64,000 nucleotides of DNA. Source: Hyaloraphidium curvatum SAG 235-1. Lineage: Eukaryota; Fungi; Monoblepharomycota. Within the stretch, counting starts at the first letter, position 1; each line of letters starts with the position of its first letter. The DNA lies in NCBI GenBank assembly GCA_025558095.1, contig JAIVFI010000007.1:826791-890790 (forward strand), written 5' to 3'. Positions 12,177 to 24,095 of this stretch are shown here, one piece after another. The notes beneath the pieces are model-generated. The model had not been told where the DNA came from, ran no database searches, and saw only the letters and a program-made list of their open reading frames with translations. Both the position numbers and the translations under genes were made by a program.

Positions 12177-12632
12177 TCACTCACCGGCCTTCGGGCGCAG
12201 CACGGCGATGCCGCAGTCCTGGGCAGTGCACCCGCGCTTGCCCGCGTGCATCTGGAAGGCAGCCACGGTGCCGTACGCGCGCCGGCAGATGGCGCACTTG
12301 AGGTGGTCGGCGCGGCAGAAGGCGTGCTTGGCCGCGTTGTCCTTGCGCGGGCGGATGCCGCACACACCGCAGGTGACCGTGCCGTCCGCGTTAGGCGGGA
12401 GCAGCACGTCCCTCTTGTTGGTGCACAGGTCGGCGTGCTTGATGGGAGTGCCGTAGACGGCGACGGACCGTGCCTCTTCGACGGCGTCGACCAGGATGCG
12501 CTTGACCTCGATCTTCTGCCGCCCCGTGCCCGGGATGCGGACGGCGACGAAGAGCGCGGGCTCGCAGTCGGGGCGCTGGTCGCGCAGCGGGTCGGCCCCG
12601 ATGCAATCGGCCCTGGCGCGGGTGGTGTTCAT
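12177..12632 (-). CDS. Small protein with two C2H2/C2HC-like zinc fingers; 3' end may be spliced
   Basis: CGVC...H..C and CAIC..Y.....F..H....C. Confidence 0.6.
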   Translation of the reverse strand: MNTTRARADCIGADPLRDQRPDCEPALFVAVRIPGTGRQKIEVKRILVDAVEEARSVAVYGTPIKHADLCTNKRDVLLPPNADGTVTCGVCGIRPRKDNAAKHAFCRADHLKCAICRRAYGTVAAFQMHAGKRGCTAQDCGIAVLRPKAGE

Positions 12633-13472
12633 GGCGGATGTGGGGAGACTGCGACGGGAAGTCAGTCACGACGCTGCACAGCCCCAGTTCGCCCCGCCTT
12701 CTCCACAAGGTGGGCCTCCCGCGCGCTGCCCCGGGGACAAATCACGCCCCACAACCGCAGAGGCCGTGCCGGCGGGTCCGGACGTGTGGATGGGACGCCC
12801 GTGCGGCGCGGCTGGCCGCGGCGCCGTCGCACGGCCTAACGCGGGGACACTCCTTGCCCAGATCATCTTTGCCGGGCGAAAACTCACGTCCAGGGAGCCG
12901 CGCAGGTTCCTCTGCTCGTTGCCTCGAAGCTGTGCGGTGCCGATGGCGGACCTGAAGTGGCGGCAGCCGGGCGGCGGTCCTGGACTGCCAGGTACGAGGC
13001 GTGTTAGAACTGGGCCCGTAGCGGCGGGGTAAACCCGCCCGTCCCGGGGACCGTCGGCCCCCAGGCTTCACGGCGCGCAACTGACGAGCAGTTTTGGGGT
13101 GCAGATGGCGAGGCACGCACAGTTTTTGGGGCGGGTGAGCCCGGCAGGAAATGAGGTGGTTTGTGCGGGTCGGGCGCCATCACGATTGCACGGCGGTGCA
13201 TCGCGCTCCACCTCCAACGGTCGCACGCCTTGCCAGCGAATCCGCCCCGGTAACCCACCAGCGAGAACATGGCGCCATTTTGGATTTCATATCCGAGGGG
13301 GATTCGGCCCGATGGACTCGTTTTTGCGGTGCGAGGTAAGCTCCATGACGAGTTCGCCCCTGCGAGCTCCCAGGACCGCGCCTACATAATCCCGTCCGCG
13401 CGCCCGCCATCACGCCGACCACGACAACCGCAATCATCACCGTTGCGCCATCCGCCCGCCCGCAAAGCCGCC

Positions 13473-14591
13473 ATGGATCCCGCGCCCAGGTGAGCCCTAC
13501 ATTCGCCGACGCACCGCACGCCTCTCAATCGGCCTCGCCCAGCAACCCTGCCGCGACGCCCGCCGCCCAGCCCCCGGCCCCTGCCCGGAACATGCCCGGA
13601 AACGGCACGCCCGCGCAGACGGTTGCCTCCAGGTAAGCACGCCCGCCTGCCGGCGCCACGGGCCTCCTCCTGACGTTCACGCCCGCAGCGCCCCCGCCCA
13701 GCTGAACGCAGCGCTCACCCCCCAGCAGTCGGCCCAGCCGGCGCCCCGCAACGGCGTCGCCCTGCTTCAGCCCCCCATTGCGGTACCTGCCCCCCCCGAA
13801 GGGAGCTGGGCCGCGCAGGCGTGCGGCCTCATCGCGTGGGGCAGCAACCGGGACGCTGCCGAGGCAGGTGACCCGCCGCGCCGCCAAGACGTGCTGCTGA
13901 CAAGCGACGGTCCGCGACGCAGATCCGCCAGCTCAAGGGGACGCTCGCCGCCAAGGAGGCCGAGAACGCAGGGCTCGTGCGCGACCTGGGGCGGGCCAAC
14001 GCGGCCGCGACCGCGGCGAAGAACGACAAGATCAAGGCCGAGGCGAGCAACGTCTCCCTCGAAAGCAAGGTCCGGAAGCTCGAGAGCACGGTCGGCAAGC
14101 TCGAGACCAAGGTCCAGGAAGGCGAGAAGGCAGCCTCCGCCGCCAAGGCCGAGTCCGAGAAGGCCAAGGCCGAGTCCGACAAGGCCAAGGCCGAATTGCA
14201 CAAGGCCAACGTCGAGGCGAGCGAAGCCAAGGCCGAGACCGCCGCCCTGCGCTCCGAGAAGGACGAGCTCCTCAAGCTCCTGGGGCCGCTCGCGGCCGCC
14301 TACAACCGCATCCAGCGCCGGCCCGCCGCCCTGCCCGCCACCCCGCCCGCGGACCCCGCGACCCCGGCGGCATCCCCCGCGCCTGCCGGACGCGGCGCCG
14401 CCACCGCCACGCCGGCGAGCGAAGGCGTGCGCACCGCGCTCGAGACGTTCGACCGGCTCCGCGCCGCCCCCAACAAGAGGCCCGCCCAGCTTGCCCGCGT
14501 GTCTGGCAGGGCGGTCGTGTCCGACAGCGAGGACAGCGACGACGAGGGCCCCCGCAAGAAGGCAAACACCGGCGGCGCGGGCAAGAAGTAG
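13473..14591 (+). CDS. Coiled-coil/NLS family paralogue 4
   Basis: Exon 13473-13489; introns 13490-13542, 13633-13688, GC-AG 13864-13922; heptad repeats AKAESEK/AKAESDK/AKAELHK, VVSDSEDSDDE, PRKKA. Confidence 0.8.
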
Positions 14592-15567
14592 GGAGCTTCT
14601 AGGCGGGTTCGATGTGCCAGGATTCATTCAATTTCGTGTCGTTCCGTGACGTGCGACGAGCATCGCGCCGGGGACGGCCGGCACCCGTCCCGCCCGGCGT
14701 TGCCTGTCTTGTGAATGTCGGCTTCGACGACTCCACGGAGCCATGGTGAGGGGATCGGGGTTCGCCTCCCCGCCACGGCAGGCGTCCATGTCCACGTCCC
14801 GTGTCGCGTTAACTCCTTTCGGGCACGTCCTCTAGGGCACTCCATTCGTTATCCAGTCCAATGCAAGTGTTTGCCAAGGCAAGGACGCCGCGCCGGGCGC
14901 GATGTCCCCCGAAACGCGGCCGAACGGGTCGGCGCCCGGCACACGCGCAGCTTCCGCTCGGCCGACAGGGGCGCGCGGCGAGCGCGAGCTTCCAACGCCA
15001 TGGCGGATTTGTGACGGAAAGGGGGGAAGAATGGGACGTCCGTGACGCGACGAGAGCATGAAGTGACGGGGCATGAGGCGAAGATGCCGCGCGAATGAAT
15101 GGCATGGCGCACGGCGTGCCCAATCCATTCGTCTGGCGTCACACGAGACCAACAAATTGGAAGTGCCGTAACTTGCTTGTGGAGTCGATCCTTCGGCTGC
15201 TGATAACATGGGCCTGGCATTGCACTGCCGAAGCCGTTGGACTGACAACGGGCAATAGAAGCCGTGGCGGAGCTTACAAATGGGACATGCACCGCGGGAT
15301 CAAACCAAATCAATTCATTCTCCAATCTTCTAGCACTAGTTTACGTCAGGGCAACGCCCGGGAGCACGGGAGCCCCGACCATACATTGGCCGATCGTTTC
15401 CGCGACAACGTTTCGTGCCCGCGAAGCGAATGTCTGTGGATTCGCCCCCCAGATCGATGATGAAATGCAATGCGTCCCTTGTCGAACGGGAAACACAGCG
15501 GATTGGACTGGTCAATATGGAATGGAGGCATTGAAAAGAATCGCGAGAGCGAGGACCCTTCATCTGC

Positions 15568-16470
15568 GAGCTCCCAGAACCAACTGTGATCCCAGTCCCG
15601 AACGACGACGACGAGCCGTCACGACGATCCTCGATCACGAGGCACGGACCAACCCCGGCACGCAGCGCATCGCCCCCGCCCGGATCACCTCCCGACATGG
15701 ACGGCACGCCGAGGTGAGCCCGTGTCGGCCGGAGCGCCGTGCCGCCGACGCCCTCTCAACTGGTCCCGGACAGCATCCCCGTGAACATGAACGCCATGCA
15801 GGCCCCACAATCCGGTCACGACGGTATCACGACGCCTGCCGGTTCGCCGCCGGAGCCCGCCGCCGTCATCGAGCAGTTCGGAGGGGACCAGCGCCGCTCG
15901 GTCGACCGCCTCGTCGCCGGACTGCGGGCCTACTACGAGCCGCAGCTCCGGCAGGCGCGGCAAAGCGACACCGAGGTGGGTGTGCTCATCTGCGTGTCGG
16001 AGAGGGCAAAGAGCTAACCGCGAGCTCGCAGGCACGCCGCAAGCTCGGCGAGGAGGAGGGCCGGTCGAAGGAGCTCGCCGAGCAGCTGGGCGAGACCCAG
16101 CAGGTCGCCGCGAACCTCCACATCCAGAACGGGGATCTCAAGAAGGAGAACGACGGGCTTAAGGCCAAGGTCCGCGACGGCGAGGCCGCTGCCGTCCAGA
16201 AGGAGGCCGAGATCGAGCGCCTGCTCGCCAAGTACAACCGCCTCCAGACGAAGTACGAGAACCTCGAGAACGGCATCAAGGGCACCTTCGGCCACATCTT
16301 CCAGACCAAACAGGGTGGTCGCGCGGGTTCCGCCGGCCCCGCCGCCGAACCGGTCACGCCGCGCTCGGAGCCCGCCGGCCGCGAGGAGCTTCGCGCTTCC
16401 CCGGCCCCTTCCGAGCCGGGCGCCCCGGAGCAGCGAGCCTCTCCCTCGCTTTCGCCCCCGCCCCTTGCCA
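15568..16470 (+). repeat. Segmental duplication copy B (partner 7314-8200)
   Basis: Direct near-identical copy including introns. Confidence 0.9.
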
Positions 16471-17256
16471 GGCTCGCCGAGCCGCGGCCTGAGAAGGATC
16501 AGGATCAGACCGCCAGGGCCCCCTTATCCCCCTCAGCCGCAATCGACCTCACGGGCGGAGACGACAACGGCGATGCTCCCGAGGCGTAAGAACGCCGCAC
16601 AATCCTGCCGGCCGGCCGAACTGATCCGAAACTGTGACCCCGGCAGCGCCAGCCCGCAGAGTGCCACCCAGTCGCCCGCCAAGTTCGGCCCGACCGAGAT
16701 CATCGAGGGCGCAATGAAGGAGGCGCACGCCCACGACCCCGCAACCCTCGAAATCCGGCTCCGTCAGCTCAGGGAAAAGGGGCCCGTGCGCTACGCCATC
16801 TGGAACAAGTGGCGCTTCCTGAAGGACAAGGCCTCGCTCTCCGAGGCCAAGAAGAAGGAGAAGCTCGTTGCCAGGTTCAGGGCCAAGTTTCCCCAGCTCT
16901 GGCTACGGTACGACCCGTCCACGGAGGCCACGGCGGGCGACAACGAGCTTGCGGCCAGCGAGGCGCTCCAGCGGCGCGGCGTCATGAGCACGGCGGCCGA
17001 ATCGGCCGATGCCGGCGATGCCGATGGCCCCAGCGCCCAAGCCGAGGAGCGTGCCGCCAAGAGGCGCAGGGCGGCGTTCGCCGCAAGGGGCACCGAGATG
17101 GTGTACAGCAGCGACGTCGAGGAGTTCGAGGCCGGGAGGTCGGGCGGGGAGGGGGATAGCGACGGCGAGTTCCTGCCCGCCTGCGAGCAAGGCGAGGAAG
17201 ACGAGGGGGAGGAGCGCAGCAAGAGGGCCAGGAGGGAGCCGAGCGACGCGCTCTAG
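15697..17256 (+). CDS. Coiled-coil/SIM/NLS family paralogue 5 (chimeric)
   Basis: Exon 15697-15713; introns 15714-15773, 15976-16031, 16586-16646; AIDLTGGDD, HAHDPATL..LWLRYDP domain, RSKRARR. Confidence 0.8.
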
Positions 17257-17721
17257 GTTCCGATTTGTATGGTCCGTCCTTTCATGTCAATCGATGTCGT
17301 CGTTCAGGTGCCGACACGTCCACGAAGACACGGGTCCTCCAGCAATTCCCCGTAACGTCGCGTCCGGGCGACCACGGCTTGTCTATGGCGCGCGTCGCTG
17401 GAGTACGAATCGAAACCCGCAGCGACGTCGCGTGATTGCGGTTCTCCAGAGATGCTCTCGTCCCGGCGAAATGGAGGACGCGTCCAGCGGAGCCACGTGA
17501 ATTGAGCAAACCGCAGCGAGATTGACTCAAGACTTGACTCAAGGATCCTTTCGAGCTCGTAGACTCAATTCATTCGGGTCTCGGCCCGGTCTGGGTGACT
17601 GTTTAGAGAGCGTCGCGTGGAGAGAATCTGGGGCCCACCTGAATCCCCCTTCAAATCTTCGCCGCCCTCGCGCTCGAATCGCTCTCGAACCCGCCTCCGC
17701 TGAGACGTTCGAGACAATGGG

Positions 17722-18771
17722 ATGACTGCCGTTGTGGGCAAAGTGCGCAGGGTCTCGGACAGGGAGGCGGACCTCGTCGAACGAGCCCGCGCGCAGTTCG
17801 AATGCAGCGTCTGTTTGGAGCCCGCATGGCCGTACAAGGAACCCCGAATCCTGCCATGCTCCCATGTTTTTGACCGCGCATGCATCGAGCGCGTTGTTCG
17901 GCACTCGGAGCAGGGCGGGGCACAGGTGCACGGCTGCCCCGAGTGCATGGAGCGGTTCGCGGGGGCCCAAGTGAAGGTTGGACGGAATCCCTGCGGGTCG
18001 AGGACGTGCCTGACTTGTTCTCCAGGATCTCAGGGAGAACGCTTTCGCCTGGCGGAGTCTGATGAAGCTGCCGGTCGCGTGCCCTCTGGGTTGCCCCTGG
18101 GAGGGGGACGTGGGGGATTTCGACACGCACTTCAACTCGTGCCCGGAGGCTCAGTGCACCACGTGCAGCTCCGCAGTCAAACTGCCGGCCACCATGGAGG
18201 TGCGTGGCGCTCGGTGCGGGATTCGTGGGCGATTTCGACCTGACTGGCACTCGAACTTAGGACCACTATCCTGTCTGCCCCAGGGTGCTCGTTCCGTGAG
18301 TTCCTTTTCGAAGTTCCCCCTGCGGACCGCGTTCCTGCAAGAGCCGGATTGGAGTACCTTGTGCGGGAGAAGTTCTGGGCCGGCCCGTTCCGCTTCACCT
18401 TTGGAGCCTTCATCGGCGGCGGGACCGTGCAGGCCGGCGTCCTCCTGGACGACCAGCGCCTCCGTTGGGCCACGATACGCTTTGCTGCGCTGGCTGTCGA
18501 CCCGGTCGGCTCGGGAACTGCCGTGAGGTCGTACCCGATTCTGCTTGGAGACGACCGCAAAATCCAGCCGGTCGTTCTCGCCGCGCTGACGAACGACACC
18601 GTCTTCGAGTTCCGCAACGGGGTCAGATGGCTCAAGGTGGACTTTCGCGTGTTCCTCCAGGACTGGCAGCTGGCGGCAGACGCGCCCACCGAGCATAATC
18701 GCGTCGAGTCGAGGATCCTCTGGCGAAGTGAACTAGTGGAAGCAGGGGACTGGCAGTACGTCCCATTCTAG
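17722..18771 (+). CDS. RING / TRAF-type zinc-finger E3 ligase-like protein, copy 1 (internally shortened)
   Basis: CSVC...PCSHVFDRAC...CPEC RING; CPLGCPWEG...HFNSC TRAF-type finger; beta-rich MATH-like C-terminus FWAGPFRF. Confidence 0.8.
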
Positions 18772-18940
18772 CGTGGCAAGGAAGCGACGAGGGTGGTTCG
18801 ACTTGGAATGGCACAGGATCTTTGGTTGGGAAACGCCGATGGATTGTCCATGTCCTTGCAGCGCCTCGCCCCTTTGCCCCCCTCGCCGGCGCCCCGCGCC
18901 GCCGGTATCCCCCGTTTCCCGGTCCTCCCGAGGAACTCCC

Positions 18941-19919
18941 TCACGGCTGCGCCAGCACGATGTCCACCGGCAGCCCCGCGCTCCGCCCGACCTCCCAAAG
19001 CGTCGTCAGCTCGATCTTCTTGACCTCGAACCGCGCCTCCTCCAGCGCCCGCCACGCCCAGATGGGGCGCGCGGACTGCTGCGCCGGGAAGGTCCTCTGT
19101 CGATCCACACGGTGTCGAATCGATGATCACGATCGAAGGGGAAGGGAACCCACCGCCATCCAGTCCCAGACGGGCCCCATCCCGCCCTGCCCCCCGCCGC
19201 CGCTCTCCTTCCTCGCCAGAGACACCACCACGATCCTCCCCCCCGGCTTGAGCACCCTCCGCACCTCGGAGAGCACCGCAGAAATCTCCTCGGGGGTGAG
19301 GAGCTCCAGGACAAAGGAGGAGAAGACGGCGTCGAAGGCACCGGGAGGGAAGGAGGGGAGGACGGTCATGGCGTCGCCGATCCTGGAATTCGGGGTCAGG
19401 AGCGGTTCGAGGGAGGGCGAAACGGAAGGCCCACTTGAGGTCGGCGCGTTCCTCGTAGCCGAGCGAGCGGAGCTTCTCGTCGGCGATCTTGGCCATCTGG
19501 CCCGAGATGTCGAGACCGGTGACGCGGCCCGTTTTGCCGACCGCTCTTGCGATCTTCCGGACATTCAATGCGCGGGATTCCACGTCAACGGCGATCAACT
19601 GCGCTGCCATTCAAGGCCCGCACCTGTATGAGCGCGTTCCCGGTTCCATAGCCGATTTCGAGCACGTGCTCCCCCCTCGCCGGCTCCAGTATATCCACGC
19701 CCCTCTCCCGAATCGGCAGCCGCGTCGCCGTGGACTTGTCATAGGCCAGCCTGGGACCGCGGGGGATCGTGACTGGGGCCCCTGCCAGACGGGGCGGAGC
19801 CGGACCCACGCGAGCGTGTTGAAGAAGGAGCGGACCTCGTCCTGCCGCCCGTTTGGGCCGCCACCCGGAGCGGCGGACGATGGTCGCGGGAGCGAAATGA
19901 TGGACGCAGCGCCCGCCAT
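18941..19919 (-). CDS. Class I SAM methyltransferase, UbiE/COQ5-like
   Basis: [39 protein letters not shown] across about 5 exons. Confidence 0.85.
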
Positions 19920-20481
19920 GATCCGTCCGCGAGGAGTGTGGGTTTGTTGGTTTGTCGCCGGTTAGGGGTTTTGCCTATGCTCCGGAAGTTTAGGCTGGTG
20001 CGGAGCCCCCGCTTGTTGTGGCCTCGCAACCGCCGAAGACGCACACCGCACACCGCGCCGCCGCCGCCGCCCGCCTCGGAGAGCTCCGCGGGCGTCCATT
20101 GGGCCGCGTGCGACGCCGGTGGAACGGCCCCGATCGGCGCCGCGGACGGCCGCGACCGGCGCGTCGGCCAAACAGCAAACAGGCCGCGGCGCATTCTGTT
20201 CCGCGGAGGCCGCACGGAGCGGAGCCGCCGGCGGAAGCCAGCTCTGAGAGTGTTGTTTGAGCGGGGAACTCGGCAGCCGGGGCCCGGGACTGTTTGGCAC
20301 GGAGGCCCCGCCGCCGGTGCATGGAGGCCCGGCCGTGACAGCGCCCGCACACCGATCGCCGAGCACGGCCGCCCCTCGCACGGAGCAGCTCGCAGCAGCC
20401 GCTCTGCAGCCAGCGGCGCCGCTTCCCCCGACCCGCCGCCCCCTCCGCCCGGCGCACCGCTCGCCGGCACCCGGCAGCCCG

Positions 20482-22582
20482 ATGAGCGGTAACCGCGCCC
20501 GCCCCTCCTCGTCGGCGACGGACAATTCGCAGCGCTCGCCGCAGAGCGCAGTCGCACCATCGCAGCCCGCCTTCTCCCCCTCGACCGAGACCGCCGTCGC
20601 CGCCGCGAAGCACCAGCGCAGGCGCTCGGCCAACTCGGCCGCGTCGGCAAAGACGACGCAGACTTGGCACACCCTCGAAAACTTCCTGGGAGCGCAGGCC
20701 CAGAACGACAAGCAGAAGGGCTACGCAAGCTCTGTCCGCTCGACCGCAACCGACGGCGCCATCGACGAGGCCGGCGAGTCGGACGTGGAGAGCAAGGGCA
20801 GCGGCAACACGACCAAGTCAAAGTCCAGCACCGCCTCGTCGGCCACGGCCGTCGCCCTCAACCAGCCCATCATCATCCTGGACGGGAACGGGAACCCGAT
20901 CCCCCTCGAGGGGATGGCGGGGAAGGAGGAGCAGAGCATGGGCTCCAGCATGACCTCGAAGGACGGCGAGAACTTCGAGTACCCCCCCGAGCGGGAGTAC
21001 CGGACCCCGTTGACCATGTTCCTGATCGGACACTTCTGGATCGTGCACCTGCTCGTCATCTGCGGCATGAGCTGGGTCATGACCTTTTACGTCCCTCAGG
21101 TGGGCTTCGTCGCATGCAGTGCGCACCGCAGCCACCTGATCCTCACCCTCCCCGCCCCTCCACGCAGTTCTACATCGACGATGAGATGTGGAACACCGGG
21201 TGCTGGTGGAAGATTGGCTACCTGCTCCCGCTGCCGTATACCCTCGTCTGCTTCGTCGGCTTGATCCTGCCCTTCCCCATCCCGCGCAAACCCGACGCCG
21301 TCATGGAGCGCATGTTCAAGCAGCGCGAGGTGGACAACCTGTACGTCGTCATCGTCACCAGGGGCTCCAACAAGGAGGCAGGTCGCACGCACCCGGTTCC
21401 GCATCCAGCGCTGACCTCTCGCCGCCCAACCAGGCCGTCTACCGCTCGTACCACTCGATGCTCCACCTCGAGGACGTGCACCCCTCGGTCCGAGTGCACG
21501 TGCTCACGGACGAGCCCTACAACTACCCGGACATCAACTGCTGGTCCTGCCCCAAGGCGTTCACCTCGGGCAAGTCCAAGTACAAGGCCCGCGCGCTCGA
21601 GTGGTACCGCAAGACGCTGAAGCTCACCGAGCGCGACTGGGTGCTGCATCTCGACGAAGAGAGGTGGGATCGGTGCGCATTTCCGCGCGGATCGCGGCTG
21701 ACTTGCTTCCCCAAAGTGTGATCGACGCCTACGGCGTCCGCCGCGTGCTCGAGTTCATCTGGTTCACCAACTTCGACATGGGCCAGGGCCCCATCTTCTA
21801 CAACCAGCATCGCTACTGGACCAACCCGTTCTACACCGTCGGCGACGCCATCCGCGTCGGCGACGACCTGTCGCGGTTCCACCTGCAGTACAACTACTTC
21901 CGCCGGCCCTTCTTCGGCGCGCACGGATCGTTCCTGCTCAACAACGGCAGGGTCGAGAACGAGGTCACGTGGGACCTGGCGTCGCTGACGGAGGACTTTG
22001 AGTTCGCCGTCAACGCGTGGGAGAAGGGGTTCAAGTGCGGCGCGGTGCCCGCGATCATCAGGGAGCAGAGCCCGCAGCGGCTGATCGACTTCCTGAAGCA
22101 GAGGCGGCGGTGGGTCTCCCCTTTGCTCTTTGTTCTCCTCGATCGGCGCTGACCCCGTCCGCGCAGGTGGTACGTCGGCATCCGCCGCCTGCCCCGGTTC
22201 CTCCCCAAGCTCTGGGCCTTCTTCTGGACCCTCGGCACGCTGGCCCTGTACTTCACCGTCGCATCCATCTTCCTCGGCATCTTCATCCCGATGGGCACGC
22301 CCCGCTGGCTCGGTGCGATCAAGGACTTTATCTTCGTCACGTTCGTCTACCTCTACGTCCTCGGTGGGCATCCACTCGCACCTCCGCCACCGACTCGGAG
22401 CGCTGACCATCCCCGCAGGCGTCTTCATCCAGGACATCGACTACGGCTTCTGGACCATCCGCGCCATCCTGCAGATCCCCGTCGTGATCGTGATCCAGTT
22501 CGGCTGCGTGGTGATGGAGTGCGTGGCCATCATGTACGCGCTCGTGTCGCCGCCGCAGGGCTTCGACATCATCAAGAAGTGA
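20482..22582 (+). CDS. GT2 glycosyltransferase, egghead/BRE-3-like beta-1,4-mannosyltransferase
   Basis: YKARALE, WVLHLDEE, DAIRVGDD, HGSFLL, SLTEDFEF, EQSP..DFLKQRRRW, multiple TM helices. Confidence 0.88.
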
Positions 22583-22678
22583 GGGATCGGCGACGGGGAT
22601 GCGGGGACTAGAGATAGAGGGGGCTGTATAGTATGGGAGGTGTACGCACGCAATTGATTCCGAAATCACTCCATGCCG

Positions 22679-23986
22679 TTTATATCTTCGGCTTCGGCGG
22701 GCGGAGCCGAGGGCCGACGACGATCAGTCCGCGGTCCCGCTGTTCCGTGAGCCATTCCCGCATGCCCTTTGGCCGGACTTGGGGCCATCTGTCGCGGGGA
22801 GGCTCGGTCAACCTGGAGAGGCCAATGCCGACTGCCAAGGCCCTACAGTTTGGTGTCGTTCAGCTTGGGATCGACCCAGTAGTGGTTGAACGCAATGAGC
22901 CTGGAGGAAACAGGGGTAAGTCGGACCCGGCACGCCCGGCAAGCGAGACCAACCTCTGGTACTGCGGGTACTTGGATCTGTCGTCGACGGGGTGTCCGAG
23001 GGGATGCCTCTCGACCTCCACGGGCACGCCGACGATCTCCTCGAACATGCGGCGCTGCTCGCCCGTCTTCCACGACTCGGTGAAGATGCGGACGGTGCGG
23101 TTGCGGGATTTGGACTGGTCCGGGTCCGAGATCATGGCGGCGATGTAGGCGCCGATCTGTTGCAAGGGGGAGAAGATATCAGGAAGAGCCCTCGAGCAAG
23201 GTCAACATGACTTACATCGTCCAAAGATATGGACATGACCTCGCCGGCACCGTCGGGTCCCACGTGAACCGAGATGGCTTTCTTGCCATCGAAATACCAG
23301 TCCAACGGGGCATTGCGCCAGATGATGTCGTAGTAGACGCCGGTCACGACGGCGGTGTACTCCAGCCCGCAGCGGATGGCCTCGTCGATGACGGCCCGTT
23401 TCCGCTTGCTTATCCGCCAGATCCGTTCCCGGGGAAGGTTCTCGTCGTCAGGCCCGTCTAATCGTGGCCATCAGTACTTGTAACAGCAGCCACGGAGGCC
23501 GGTTTGACCCACATTGGGAAGGGAAGAAGCGGGTGACACCGGCTTTTGCCGAAGCCCGAACCAGGTTGATTTCCGAGACCTCGATCGCCTTCGGGTCCAC
23601 GAGCGACAATGCCGAGATGGTGCACTGAATGCCCGCGAGCGAGCCGGCGAGCTTGTCGACGTCCGAGTAGTCGACGGCCGCGTACCGAGCGCCAAGGCCG
23701 ATGAGCTCGTCCGCGCACTCCCGCCGGTGTTTAGGCAGCTTCCGAGGCCAACTGTGAGTCAGAGAGATGCTCCTTCGATCAAAACTGATGCCGGCCCCAC
23801 GTCTTTCAGCTCTCCCCGCCCTATAATGAGCACCTCCTCGAATGTGCCGGACTCCCGTCGGTTGAGCTCCAGAATCGCCTTTGCGATGTAATAGCCTGTC
23901 GTCAGCCCCGCATTCGGGTCGCCCTTTATCGCTCCTGCAATGCAGACGCGTCTGAGCGGGCCATCGTGTTTCCCTGGGGAGGGCAT
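22679..23986 (-). CDS. NmrA/isoflavone reductase-like NAD(P)-binding protein
   Basis: VDYSDVDKLAGSLAGI, NLVRASAKAGVTRFFPSQ, LEYTAVVTG, ISLDD-IGAYIA. Confidence 0.8.
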
Positions 23987-24095
23987 CGCGTGGGAGGCGT
24001 TCGCGGAAAGTTTGCCGCCGGTCGGTCGCAAGAACAGCAATCGAATCTTCTCGCAGCACGAATCTATCTAGATCCCAAATATAGGAACAACGACA

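Noticed and set aside
14850-15560. Lower-GC stretch upstream of the duplication
   Set aside because: No convincing coding or element signature
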